From Candidatus Sericytochromatia bacterium (GTDB lineage: Bacteria; Cyanobacteriota; Sericytochromatia; S15B-MN24; UBA4093), in NCBI GenBank assembly GCA_036676495.1, contig JAKFCT010000031.1, positions 1-64,000 on the forward strand: a DNA stretch of 64,000 bases. The letters are read 5' to 3'. The first letter of the stretch is position 1. Every line of letters starts with the position of its first letter. A program made the position numbers and the translations under genes. The notes below the pieces were generated by a model. It made no database searches, was not told where the DNA came from, and saw nothing but the letters and a program-made list of their open reading frames with translations. Positions 1-10,931 of the stretch are shown piece after piece.

Positions 1-37
1 CCGGCGGGTGAGACCGCCGCTAACAAGGAGGAGCACA

Positions 38-1927
<1,890 letters not shown>

Positions 1928-1956
1928 AGAAGGGCCGTAGGCCCATGCCTCGCCAC

Positions 1957-2120
1957 GTCCCCCCTTCGACGGGGGGACTGGCGAAGCCAGGGGGGTGTCA
2001 CTGCTCCCAGGTTCCTTAAGTTGAGGAACTGCCATGGCTGCGCCGGCAAACACCCCCCACCCGGCTGCGCCGGGCGTCCCCCCGTTCCCAGTGGAAAAGC
2101 CGCTGGCGCCGGGGGACAAC
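1957..2120 (+). repeat. Dispersed palindromic repeat, copy 1 (core GGGGGGTGTCACTGCTCCCAGGTTCCTT)
   Basis: Aligns by eye with the reverse complement of 49905-50046 and with 56783-56880; GTCCCCCC-loop-GGGGGGAC hairpin. Confidence 0.85.
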
Positions 2121-2155
2121 TAAAGGAGCCCCCTTGTGGGGATTAGCAGGGAAAC

Positions 2156-3310
2156 ATGAGCAAGCGCGATTACTACGAGGTACTTGGGGTCGCCCGCGGG
2201 GCTTCCGAGGACGAACTCAAGAAGGCCTACCGCAAGCTGGCCCGCCAGTACCACCCGGACATCAACAAGGAAGCCGGAGCCGAGGACAAGTTCAAGGAGA
2301 TCAACGAGGCCTACGACGTCCTCTCGGATCCCCAGAAGCGGGGTGCCTACGACCAGTTCGGCCATGCCGGAGCCCAGGGCTTCGGTCAGGGCGGCTTTGG
2401 CCAGGGCTTCGAGGGCTTCGGCGGCTTCAGCGACATCTTCGAGGCCTTCTTCGGAGGCCAGGCGGGAGGCCAGCAGCGGGGTCGCAAGCGTGGCCCCGAG
2501 CGCGGCGCCGATCTGCGGATCGACGTCGAGATCCCCTTCACCGGGGCGCTTTTCGGCACCGAGCGCACCGTGGACATCCAGCACCAGGAGCGCTGCGACA
2601 CCTGCTCCGGTTCGGGCGCCAAGGATCCCAAGGACGTCCAGACCTGCGACCTCTGCCACGGCACCGGCCAGATCACCCAGACCCAACGCACCATCTTCGG
2701 CCAGTTCCAGCAGGTCGCACCCTGTCCCAAGTGCAGCGGCGAAGGCAAGACCATCAAGGACCCCTGCAACACCTGCAAGGGCCAGGGCCGCACCCGCAAG
2801 TCCAAGAAGCTTCAGGTCAAGGTGCCCGCGGGCGTCGACACCGGAGCCCGCCTCAGGGTCACGGGCGAGGGCGACGTCGGCCCCAAGGGAGGGCCTTCCG
2901 GAGACCTGTACATCGTCCTCCACGTCCAGGATGACGAGCGCTTCGAGCGCCAGGACACCGAGCTCTTCCACACGGCGGCCATCACCTTCCCGCAGGCGGC
3001 CCTCGGAGACGAGATCGAGGTTCCCGTCCTGACGGAAGAAGGCGAAGCCGTCGAGACGGTGAAAGTCCCCGCCGGCACCCAGCACGGGACCATCTTCGTC
3101 CTCAAGGGCCAGGGCGTCCCCTACCTGGGAGACCCCCGCAAGCGGCGCGGCGACATGCACGTCGAGGTCAAGATCGCCGTTCCGACCAAGCTCTCGGGCG
3201 AAGAAGCCGACCTCCTGAGGAAGTACGACGAGGTCTCGCGCAAGCATGCCGAGTCGCACGGCTTCAACTTCATCGACATGCTCAAGAGCGCCCTCAGCGG
3301 CCGAGGCTAG
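2156..3310 (+). CDS. dnaJ: Chaperone DnaJ
   Basis: J domain with HPD, G/F-rich region, four CxxCxGxG repeats. Confidence 0.99.
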   Translation: MSKRDYYEVLGVARGASEDELKKAYRKLARQYHPDINKEAGAEDKFKEINEAYDVLSDPQKRGAYDQFGHAGAQGFGQGGFGQGFEGFGGFSDIFEAFFGGQAGGQQRGRKRGPERGADLRIDVEIPFTGALFGTERTVDIQHQERCDTCSGSGAKDPKDVQTCDLCHGTGQITQTQRTIFGQFQQVAPCPKCSGEGKTIKDPCNTCKGQGRTRKSKKLQVKVPAGVDTGARLRVTGEGDVGPKGGPSGDLYIVLHVQDDERFERQDTELFHTAAITFPQAALGDEIEVPVLTEEGEAVETVKVPAGTQHGTIFVLKGQGVPYLGDPRKRRGDMHVEVKIAVPTKLSGEEADLLRKYDEVSRKHAESHGFNFIDMLKSALSGRG

Positions 3311-3326
3311 CGCCCAAGGCAACAAG

Positions 3327-3373
3327 AACACGACGCGGGCCGGGGATTTCCCCGGCCCGCGTCGTGTTTTTTT
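3327..3373 (+). terminator. Intrinsic terminator of dnaK-dnaJ
   Basis: Long stem AACACGACGCGGGCCGGGG/CCCCGGCCCGCGTCGTGTT followed by a T run. Confidence 0.9.
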
Positions 3374-3480
3374 CCCGAGGCTGTTTGCCAACCGCCCGGG
3401 GGGTGACGCCGGTTACCCTTGATCGTAGCGTCACGGCCGGGGCTTGCCATCCGTACTCCCCCCGCGATCGCCCCGTTACA

Positions 3481-4599
3481 TCAAGGACGGATGCCGGTTT
3501 CGAGGTTTCCCACCAGGCCTTGCAGGCGCTCCAGGGACAGGGCCACGGCGCCGTCCGTGTTCGGATCGGCCGTGACCACGACGACCAGGTCCTGGCTGGG
3601 TTTCACGAAGACGTATTGCCCCCCGTGCCCCCATGCCGAATACCAGCTCCCATCCGGGGCGACCCACCAGTAGTAGCCGTACTTGAACGTCGGGACCCCG
3701 TCACGGCTCTTGGCCACCACGATGCCCTGAGTCGATTCGGCGAGCCACTCGGCGCTGACGACCCGCTGACCGTTCCAGAGCCCTTGTTGTAGGCAAAGCT
3801 GGCCGATCCGCAGCAGGTCCCGCGGCCGCAAGGAGACGCCGTAGGCGCCGTAGTGGGTGCCGTCGCGGTGACTCAGCCAAACGAGATCCGAGATGCCGAG
3901 CGGGCCGAAGAGATGCTCCCGCGCATAGCTCTCCAGCGTTTGCCCGGTCACCTTTTGCAGGACCGCTCCGATCAGGTGCGGATCGGCGTCCTGGTAGCGG
4001 AAGGTGCTGCCGGCTTCGCGCGCTTGGGGCCGGGAGACGATCATGGCGACGCTGTCCCGCTCTCCCCCGTACTCCATGTCCAGCGAGAACGCGGAGTTGG
4101 GGAAGTCGAGGCCCGAGCGCATCGTCAGCAGATCTCGGAGGGTGATGCGCGCCTTGGTCTCGTCCTTCACGCGCTCGGGAATCAACTCTCCAAGCGTCTG
4201 ATCGAGGCTCGTGATCGTGCCCTGATCCTTCGCGATGCCCAGAAGCAGCGAGGTCAGGCTCTTGGTTTCCGACATGATGGGGCGGGCCCGCATCCGATCG
4301 TCTGGATCCCGCAGGTAGGCCTCGGCGATCAGAACCCCGTGACGGGCGACGAGGATGCTGCGAAGGTTGGCGGCCTCGCTCTCCGCGAACAAGGGCTCGA
4401 GGGCCGTGCGAAGGACGGTCGAGTCGATGCCTTGCGCTTCCGGCGCGCTGGTCGGCCAATCCCCTTGCACCTCGGCCGGAGCCACCGCGTAGGGGCCCTT
4501 GAAGGGGGCGTCCCCGATGCACGCGGTCAGTGCCAGGACTGTTCCCAGGAGCAGGCCGGCGAACGGGTGACGGGAGCCTTTCGCGGAGTTACCGCCCAA
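3481..4599 (-). CDS. Serine hydrolase (beta-lactamase-like family) lipoprotein
   Basis: SxxK (SETK), FRYQD, YGYYWW and WGHGGQ motifs; lipobox LTAC; TTG start with GGAGG RBS chosen, start uncertain. Confidence 0.88.
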   Translation of the reverse strand: MGGNSAKGSRHPFAGLLLGTVLALTACIGDAPFKGPYAVAPAEVQGDWPTSAPEAQGIDSTVLRTALEPLFAESEAANLRSILVARHGVLIAEAYLRDPDDRMRARPIMSETKSLTSLLLGIAKDQGTITSLDQTLGELIPERVKDETKARITLRDLLTMRSGLDFPNSAFSLDMEYGGERDSVAMIVSRPQAREAGSTFRYQDADPHLIGAVLQKVTGQTLESYAREHLFGPLGISDLVWLSHRDGTHYGAYGVSLRPRDLLRIGQLCLQQGLWNGQRVVSAEWLAESTQGIVVAKSRDGVPTFKYGYYWWVAPDGSWYSAWGHGGQYVFVKPSQDLVVVVTADPNTDGAVALSLERLQGLVGNLETGIRP

Positions 4600-5392
4600 A
4601 GCGCACCTCCGACAGGAAACCGATCCGCTCATGCCAGGTCGGGGCCGGATAAGGGTAGTACGTGCTCCCGAGCTCCAGGGCCAAGCGCCAGCTCGGGCCC
4701 GAGGGGTTCTGCATGCGGTAGGACACGGTGAGGGTCGGTGAGACCAGTTCCGAAGGCCCAAACCACCGGAGGTCCTGGTGCAAGAGCGGCAGCATCTCGA
4801 AAGGGCGATCGAGCGGATCGATCTTTCGGGTCCTCTCGCGGGGAGGCCGGGACACCCCTCCGAAGACCGGCCAGTCCAGGATCACTCCCAGCTCGCGATC
4901 CGGCGAGGGGAGCCAGGCGACTTGAATGCTGGGTGCCAAGGTCAGGGTCGTCACCCAGTACAGGTACGAATCGTCCCACTGCGCGAACCACATGGGCTCC
5001 GTTTGCCAGCCCACCATCCCGCCGAAGCCGAGCATGCCCGCATCACCGAAGGTGGCGACCTCGTAGAGCTGGCGGTAGCGAGCGCCGGCGTTGAGGGCGG
5101 CTCCGAGATGCCCGAGGCGGTTCCAGAGGGGCGCAAGCCCCAGTTGGCCACCCGCCTGGCGCCTGAGGATGCCGTCCTTCCGCTCGAAGCTGAAGCTGAG
5201 GCCCATGCCCGGACCCTGCCAAACCATGGGGATGAGAAGGTCGTCCCGCCCCCGCACGACGGAAAGGGCGACTCCGCCGCTCAGCCAAGTATGGTCCTGA
5301 TCCAGGGTTTGAGCGCTGGCTGGCAAGCCGCTCGAGATCAGAAGCAGAACCACCGACCCGGTGATTCCACGTTTTACGGAGAATCCTGCCAT
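4589..5392 (-). CDS. Secreted hypothetical protein, possible outer-membrane beta-barrel
   Basis: Signal peptide ending ASA, amphipathic beta-strand pattern, overlaps the hydrolase start. Confidence 0.6.
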   Translation of the reverse strand: MAGFSVKRGITGSVVLLLISSGLPASAQTLDQDHTWLSGGVALSVVRGRDDLLIPMVWQGPGMGLSFSFERKDGILRRQAGGQLGLAPLWNRLGHLGAALNAGARYRQLYEVATFGDAGMLGFGGMVGWQTEPMWFAQWDDSYLYWVTTLTLAPSIQVAWLPSPDRELGVILDWPVFGGVSRPPRERTRKIDPLDRPFEMLPLLHQDLRWFGPSELVSPTLTVSYRMQNPSGPSWRLALELGSTYYPYPAPTWHERIGFLSEVRFGR

Positions 5393-5472
5393 GTCCTCAC
5401 CTTCGGGCTCGACCGTTCCAATCACGATAGCGTTTGAACCTCCGTGTGTTCAAGGGCCGCAGGCGAGACCAC

Positions 5473-7773
5473 CTAGATCAACCGTCCATTACCCGTGCGC
5501 TCGGCCACCAGCCGGGTCATGCGGGACTCGAAGGCGGCGTCGCGCGCCAGCAGCTCCAGGAAGTCCTCGCGCGCCAGCGTCACCAGCTCGCAGGGCGTCA
5601 GGGTCCGGATGGTCGCGCTGCGCGGCGCGTCCGTGGTCAAGGCGACCTCGCCGAACGGGTCCCCGTCCTCGAGGCGGGCCAAAGACTCGGTCCCGCCCTC
5701 CGGCGTCGCGCGGAGCACCTCGACGGATCCGCGGGCGATCAGGTAGAACCGCTCGCCGCGATCGCCCTCATGAAAGACCACCCGGTTCGCCGGGAAGCGC
5801 TCGGTCTGGAAGCGGCTCGCCATCTCGGCCAGCAGACTGGGCTCCAGGCTCTCGAACATGCCGAGCTGCGCCAGTCGCTCCGGCTGAACCCCGATGCTGC
5901 CGGACCCGGAGGCGATGAAGCCGCTCTGCTTCTGCCACATCCGCGCGTACGCCCCGGCTTGCCGGCAGAGCGCCTCATGCGTGCCCCGCTCGACCAGTTC
6001 GCCGTCGACCAGCACGAGTATTTGGTCCGCATGCTCCACCGTGGCCAGCCGCGGCGTCGCGACCAGCACGGTGCAGCCTGCGGCCGCCCGGCGTACCGTT
6101 TCCAGCAACTCATGCTCGGCCTGGGCGTCCAGGGCGCCGGTGGCCTCGTCCAGGATGAGCAGGCGGGGCTTGCGCGCGAGGGCCCGGGCGAGCGCGAAGC
6201 GCTGCCATTCCAGGGGCGAGAAGCGTAGGCCTTCGAGCGGGGTCTCGAAGCCTTGGGGCAAGGCGGCGATCGCCTCCAGCACTCCCGCGGCCTCGCATGC
6301 CGCCCGCCATGCGGGCTCGTCCGTGCCGGGGGCCGCCAGGCGAAGGTTGTCGCCGAGGGTCGTGGGGAAGAACAGCGGATCGCGGGTCATGAGGCTGATC
6401 TGCGCCCGGACGCTGTCCTGCGCGAGCCCGCGCAGATCCGCGCCGTCCAGCGTGACCACGCCCGTCTCGGGATCCTCGAAGCGCAGCAGGAGGTTCAGGA
6501 TCGTGCTCTTGCCCGAGCCGCTGCTCCCCACCAGGGCGGTCATGCTTCCTGAAGGCAGCTCGAAGCTCACGTTCCGGAGAGCCGGCCTCATGCTATCCGC
6601 ATCGCTGGCCGGTGCCTGGCTAGCCGGTGTCCGGCTGGCCGGTGCCCGGTTGGCCGCGTCACGGGCCGGGTGACGGAAGGTGACGTCCTGCATGGCCCAG
6701 GAGAGCGCCGCGCTCGGAGCGGGCGGGGCCGCGGGTACGTCCGGGACGCCCGGCCGCTCGGCGAGAAGGTCGTCGAGGTGCTGCATGGCGCCCGAGGCGG
6801 GCACCAGGATCGGCACGTAGTTGATCACGTAGGAGACCGAGTTGCTGAGCGTCAGCAGCAAGGCCTGGAACGAGACCAGGGTCCCGACCGACATCTCCCC
6901 TCTCAAGGCCAGGTAAGCCCCCACCCCGATCGTGAGCACCTGAAGGAAGCTGATCCCGATGTTCGCCGAGCGCTCCACCACCGCGCTCAGGAAGCTCACG
7001 CGCAGGCCGGTCCCGGCGAGCCCATGCGTGATCTCGCGGAAGCGCTGCACGGCCCGCTGCCCGAGGCCGAACTGCTTGATCAGGACCTGCATGTCGAGGT
7101 TGTCCTGGACATGCGAGACCAGCTCGGCCTCCGCCAGCTTGTAGCGGTAGCTTTCCAGCGACGCCCTGCGCGAGAAGACCTTCGGCCCCACCATGCTCAG
7201 CGGCCAGATGAGCATGGCTACCAGGGCCAGGCGCCAGTCGAGCATGAACATCAGGACGGTGCTCATCAGGATGTCCAGCATCGGCAGCACCACCCAGGGC
7301 ACCACGGCCGAGACCGCATGCTCGATGGCCGCGAGGTCGATCGAGAAGCACGAGACCACGTCCGCCGTGTTGCCCCGGCGGTGGAAGGAAAGCGACAGCT
7401 CCTGGAGGTGGGAAAAGACCTTGCGCCGCAGATCCCGCTGGATCAGGCTCACGACCTTGGCGTACAGGTAATCCCGCCCCAGACTGGTGAGCGACACCAG
7501 GGCCAGAGCCCCCATGAGGGCGCTCAAGGTCCAGACGAGTGTCGACTGGCTGTTCTTGGCGATCCCCTCGTCGATCAGGTGCTTGAAGCTCATCGGGATC
7601 AACCCGGTGAATCCCATCTCCAGCAGGAGCGCCAGGAGGATGACCAGCCCGTAGCCGGGATGACGGGCGAAGGTGGAGGCGATCCGGCCGAGCGTCGCCC
7701 CCACGCCGATGACTTCCAGCGGCGTTTCGTCGGGTTCGGGGATGGCGGAAGCCCGGAGGGGGCCGGTGGACAT
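5473..7773 (-). CDS. ABC exporter (TMD + degenerate NBD) with C-terminal cNMP-binding domain
   Basis: TM helices, Walker A GSSGSGKS, Walker B LILDEAT, C-terminal GDPFGEVAL...PRSATI; AAGGAG RBS before ATG 7773. Confidence 0.9.
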   Translation of the reverse strand: MSTGPLRASAIPEPDETPLEVIGVGATLGRIASTFARHPGYGLVILLALLLEMGFTGLIPMSFKHLIDEGIAKNSQSTLVWTLSALMGALALVSLTSLGRDYLYAKVVSLIQRDLRRKVFSHLQELSLSFHRRGNTADVVSCFSIDLAAIEHAVSAVVPWVVLPMLDILMSTVLMFMLDWRLALVAMLIWPLSMVGPKVFSRRASLESYRYKLAEAELVSHVQDNLDMQVLIKQFGLGQRAVQRFREITHGLAGTGLRVSFLSAVVERSANIGISFLQVLTIGVGAYLALRGEMSVGTLVSFQALLLTLSNSVSYVINYVPILVPASGAMQHLDDLLAERPGVPDVPAAPPAPSAALSWAMQDVTFRHPARDAANRAPASRTPASQAPASDADSMRPALRNVSFELPSGSMTALVGSSGSGKSTILNLLLRFEDPETGVVTLDGADLRGLAQDSVRAQISLMTRDPLFFPTTLGDNLRLAAPGTDEPAWRAACEAAGVLEAIAALPQGFETPLEGLRFSPLEWQRFALARALARKPRLLILDEATGALDAQAEHELLETVRRAAAGCTVLVATPRLATVEHADQILVLVDGELVERGTHEALCRQAGAYARMWQKQSGFIASGSGSIGVQPERLAQLGMFESLEPSLLAEMASRFQTERFPANRVVFHEGDRGERFYLIARGSVEVLRATPEGGTESLARLEDGDPFGEVALTTDAPRSATIRTLTPCELVTLAREDFLELLARDAAFESRMTRLVAERTGNGRLI
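6604..6660. repeat. Imperfect 15-bp in-frame tandem repeat (RAPAS/RTPAS/QAPAS) inserted in the NBD
   Basis: gctggccggtgcctg / gctagccggtgtccg / gctggccggtgcccg units. Confidence 0.7.
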
Positions 7774-7903
7774 GCGCGCTCCTTGCGTCGATAGGGGCGT
7801 TCCAGCATACCATCGGAGCGCCCCCTGGCCAACCTGAAAAATACGCTGTAAAACCATGTCAATGACCGCGTCTGGGTGAACTCGCATGCATGAAAGAGGC
7901 GTT

Positions 7904-8557
7904 GTGATCCATCCCGCCACCGAACTCCGCTTCATCGATCCCGCCATCGGCTACGGCGTCTACGCTACCCGCTTCATCCCCAAGGGCACGATCGTCTGGA
8001 CCCTCGACGAGTTCGACCGGGTCCTCAGCCGCGATCAGGTTCGCGCGCTTCCCGAGCTCCTGCGCGCTCAGGTCGAGACCTATGCCTACGTGGACGCGTC
8101 CGGGCAGTTCATCCTCTGCTGGGACTTCGGCCGCTTCATGAACCATTCCTGCGAGCCCACCAGCCGCAGCGTCGGCGAGGCCTTCGAGATCGCCACCCGG
8201 GACATCCTTCCCGGCGAGCAGCTCACCTGCGAGTACGGAGTGCTCAATATGAGCGGCACCTTCGCCTGCGCCTGCGGCACCGCCGATTGCCGGGGGACGA
8301 TCGGCGCGGGGGATCTCGAGGCGATGTGGCCCCTCTGGGATCGAGAGGCCGAGGACGCCTTCCGCGCCGCCTTCGACGTCGAACAGCCGCTCTTGCCGTA
8401 TGCCAAGCTGGGCTCCGCAGACCGGGTCCTCGCCGAGGCCATCCGGGAGGGCCGTCCGGTTCCCATTCCCAGCAGCCAGTCCTACCAGGCCGCGTCCTCG
8501 TCCTCCGTTCCGCCCGCCGGGAGCGGCGGCGGGTTATGGGCGGTGGGCTCCCGATGA
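7904..8557 (+). CDS. SET-domain protein-lysine methyltransferase-like protein 1
   Basis: GYGVYA, RFMNHSCEP, GEQLTCEY and post-SET CACGTADCRG. Confidence 0.92.
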   Translation: MIHPATELRFIDPAIGYGVYATRFIPKGTIVWTLDEFDRVLSRDQVRALPELLRAQVETYAYVDASGQFILCWDFGRFMNHSCEPTSRSVGEAFEIATRDILPGEQLTCEYGVLNMSGTFACACGTADCRGTIGAGDLEAMWPLWDREAEDAFRAAFDVEQPLLPYAKLGSADRVLAEAIREGRPVPIPSSQSYQAASSSSVPPAGSGGGLWAVGSR

Positions 8558-9168
8558 TTCATCCGGATACCGCCCTGCTCAAGATCGACGAGACGGTCGG
8601 CTACGGCCTGGTGGCTACCCGCCCCCTGCCCCGGGGCACGATCACCTGGGTCCAGGACGCCCTCGATCAGGTCTTGCCTCCCGAGCGTTGGCGGGCCCTT
8701 CCCGCGGCCTACGCCGAGCTGATCGAACGCTACACCTACGGCGACTCCCAGGACAACCGGATCCTGATTTGGGATCTCGGCAGGCAGATGAACCATTCCT
8801 GCGCACCCAACTGCTTCGGCACGCTCTACGGCTTCGAGGTGGCTTTGCGGGACATCGCGGCCGGCGAGCAGTTGACCAACGATTACGGGACCCTCATCCA
8901 GGAGCCGCACGAGGGCTTCGCTTGCACCTGCGGCGCTCCCGATTGCCGAGGGACCACCGGCGCTCCCCTCACCTCGGAGCAGCGGATTCGCTTGCAAGCC
9001 CTGATGCGCGAGGCCCTCGCGGAGCTTCCCCGCCTGCCCCAGCCGCTGGGCTGCTTGCTTCAAGCCGAGGTCTTGCTCGACGCGTGCCGCGAGCTCGGCG
9101 CCAACGCGCCCTCTCTAGAGCTTGCTCAGCGCCCGGCGCCCCAGGTCGTGAAGGTCGTGGAGAGGTAG
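8554..9168 (+). CDS. SET-domain protein-lysine methyltransferase-like protein 2
   Basis: GYGLVA, MNHSCAPN, GEQLTNDY and post-SET CTCGAPDCRG; ATGA overlap with SET1. Confidence 0.92.
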   Translation: MIHPDTALLKIDETVGYGLVATRPLPRGTITWVQDALDQVLPPERWRALPAAYAELIERYTYGDSQDNRILIWDLGRQMNHSCAPNCFGTLYGFEVALRDIAAGEQLTNDYGTLIQEPHEGFACTCGAPDCRGTTGAPLTSEQRIRLQALMREALAELPRLPQPLGCLLQAEVLLDACRELGANAPSLELAQRPAPQVVKVVER

Positions 9169-9917
9169 GCGAAGGGGCCCGGGGGATACGACGCGAGCAG
9201 CTCGTTGCCGAAGGCGTAGCCCGCCGCCAGGAAGGTCCCTTCGGCGGTCTGGAGATGGAGCGCGACGTTCGTCCCGCCGTAGTCGCTGACGCCTCCGACG
9301 TGATCGACCGCGAGGTACAGCGGCCCCAGCGAAGGAGTTTCGTAGCCCGCCATGAGCAGCGCCGTCGACGGCCCGGAGAACGGGAACGTGGCGGCGAAGC
9401 CGGTGCTTCCGCCTTGCAGGAACGCCGAGCCGATGCCGCCCGAGAGGCGCCCCAGGCTGAGGTCTTGCCATGCCAGCGTCTTGGTGGCGGAGAGATATAG
9501 CACGTTCAGGCTCTGCTCGGCGCGCCCCGGAGTGAACCCCATGAACCCGGCGGCCAGCGCGGGCCAGAGCGGGTCCTCGCCCAGCAGTTGGCCCTTGACG
9601 TCCAGGGCGAGGCGGGCATCGACCGGGTCTCCGCCCCAGCCGATGAGGTCGACTCCCAGCTCCCAGCCTTCGAAGGCCTTCCCCGTGTCGCCGTAGGTGA
9701 AGCCGCCGCCCAATCCGAGGTTCAGGCCTCCCCAGATCTGGAAGCCGTCGGGGTAATAGGCATCGTAAAGGAAGGCGCTCCCCGCTCCCGCGGTCTGGAC
9801 CTCCCCGGTGGGGCACGCGATGATCGAGGACGGGTAGGCGATCGCCGGGCGTGACGCCGCCGCCACCAGGAAACCTGCGAGCAGCGCGATGCTCAGCGTG
9901 ACTCGAACCAACGCCAT
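9126..9917 (-). CDS. Secreted hypothetical protein, probable outer-membrane beta-barrel
   Basis: Signal peptide ending AIA; Gly/aromatic-rich beta strands. Confidence 0.6.
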   Translation of the reverse strand: MALVRVTLSIALLAGFLVAAASRPAIAYPSSIIACPTGEVQTAGAGSAFLYDAYYPDGFQIWGGLNLGLGGGFTYGDTGKAFEGWELGVDLIGWGGDPVDARLALDVKGQLLGEDPLWPALAAGFMGFTPGRAEQSLNVLYLSATKTLAWQDLSLGRLSGGIGSAFLQGGSTGFAATFPFSGPSTALLMAGYETPSLGPLYLAVDHVGGVSDYGGTNVALHLQTAEGTFLAAGYAFGNELLASYPPGPFAYLSTTFTTWGAGR

Positions 9918-10072
9918 GGGGCGCATTCCTCCGTTCTGTGCTGCGTGAAGGACCGACTCTGCGGCTTGATCTAGGCATACACCCTTCGACGTCAGCAAGC
10001 AAGGCCCTACCATGCCGCTCCCGCGGGTATAACATGGGCAGGGTCGCAGGATTCGACGGAAAGGGAGTCGCC

Positions 10073-10843
10073 GTGATCACCAATCTGCCGCTCAAGGACA
10101 ATCCCAAGCTCGATGCCTTGATGGCCAAGCTGGAGGAGGACGGCTACGTCCCCACCTGGTGGAAGCTGGCCGACCTCAATTCGATCCGCGCGGGAGTCAA
10201 CGACCACGGCCCCACCCACGTCAAGATCGTGGCCCATATCGCCTCGAAGCTTTACCAGCTGCTGGCCGAGGCCGGGGTGCCGATGAGCATCGTGGCCGAC
10301 CACGGCATGGATCCCCATGACGCCCAGGTGGTGGTGGTGATGGCGTCCCTGCTTCACGACATCGGGATGGACGTCCACCGCGACAAGCATGAGGAGCACT
10401 CCCTCTTCATGGCGTACGAGTACCTGATGGAGCTCTACGACGCGGTTTACACGGTCGAGCAGCGCATGATCATGGTCGGCGAGACCCTGCATGCGATGAT
10501 CGGCCACAACTCCAACAAGCGCTGCCTGACGATCGAGGCGGGCATCGTGAAGGTCGCCGACGCGCTCGACATGACCAAGTGGCGCTCGCGCTCCATCATC
10601 AAGACGGGCAAGGTCTCCATCCACGCCCTCTCGGTCTCGGCGATCGACCGGGTCCAGATCGACAAGGGCCAGTCGAAGCCCATCGGGGTCGAGATCGTCA
10701 TGAACTCCTCGGCGGGCATCTTCCAGGTGGACAACCTCCTGAAGCACAAGCTGCTCAAGAGCGGCATCCATCCCTACATGGAGGTCTCGGCCCACATCGA
10801 GTCCGAGGCCAAGGACCAGGTGCTGGGCGTCTACAACATCTAG
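10073..10843 (+). CDS. HD-superfamily phosphohydrolase (COG3294-like)
   Basis: NDHGPTH...LHDIG...VADALD motifs; GTG start with AAGGGAG RBS. Confidence 0.85.
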   Translation: MITNLPLKDNPKLDALMAKLEEDGYVPTWWKLADLNSIRAGVNDHGPTHVKIVAHIASKLYQLLAEAGVPMSIVADHGMDPHDAQVVVVMASLLHDIGMDVHRDKHEEHSLFMAYEYLMELYDAVYTVEQRMIMVGETLHAMIGHNSNKRCLTIEAGIVKVADALDMTKWRSRSIIKTGKVSIHALSVSAIDRVQIDKGQSKPIGVEIVMNSSAGIFQVDNLLKHKLLKSGIHPYMEVSAHIESEAKDQVLGVYNI

Positions 10844-10848
10844 GTTGA

Positions 10849-10920
10849 ACGTCACTCCCGCGTAAGCGGGAGTCCAGCTGGATGCCCGCCTCCCGTGAAA
10901 ACGGGGGGCGGGCATGACGT
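10849..10920. repeat. REP-like palindromic doublet between convergent genes
   Basis: GTCACTCCCGCGTAAGCGGGAGTCCAG followed by inverted CTGGATGCCCGCC...GGCGGGCATGAC. Confidence 0.7.
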
Positions 10921-10931
10921 CCAAGAGGGGG

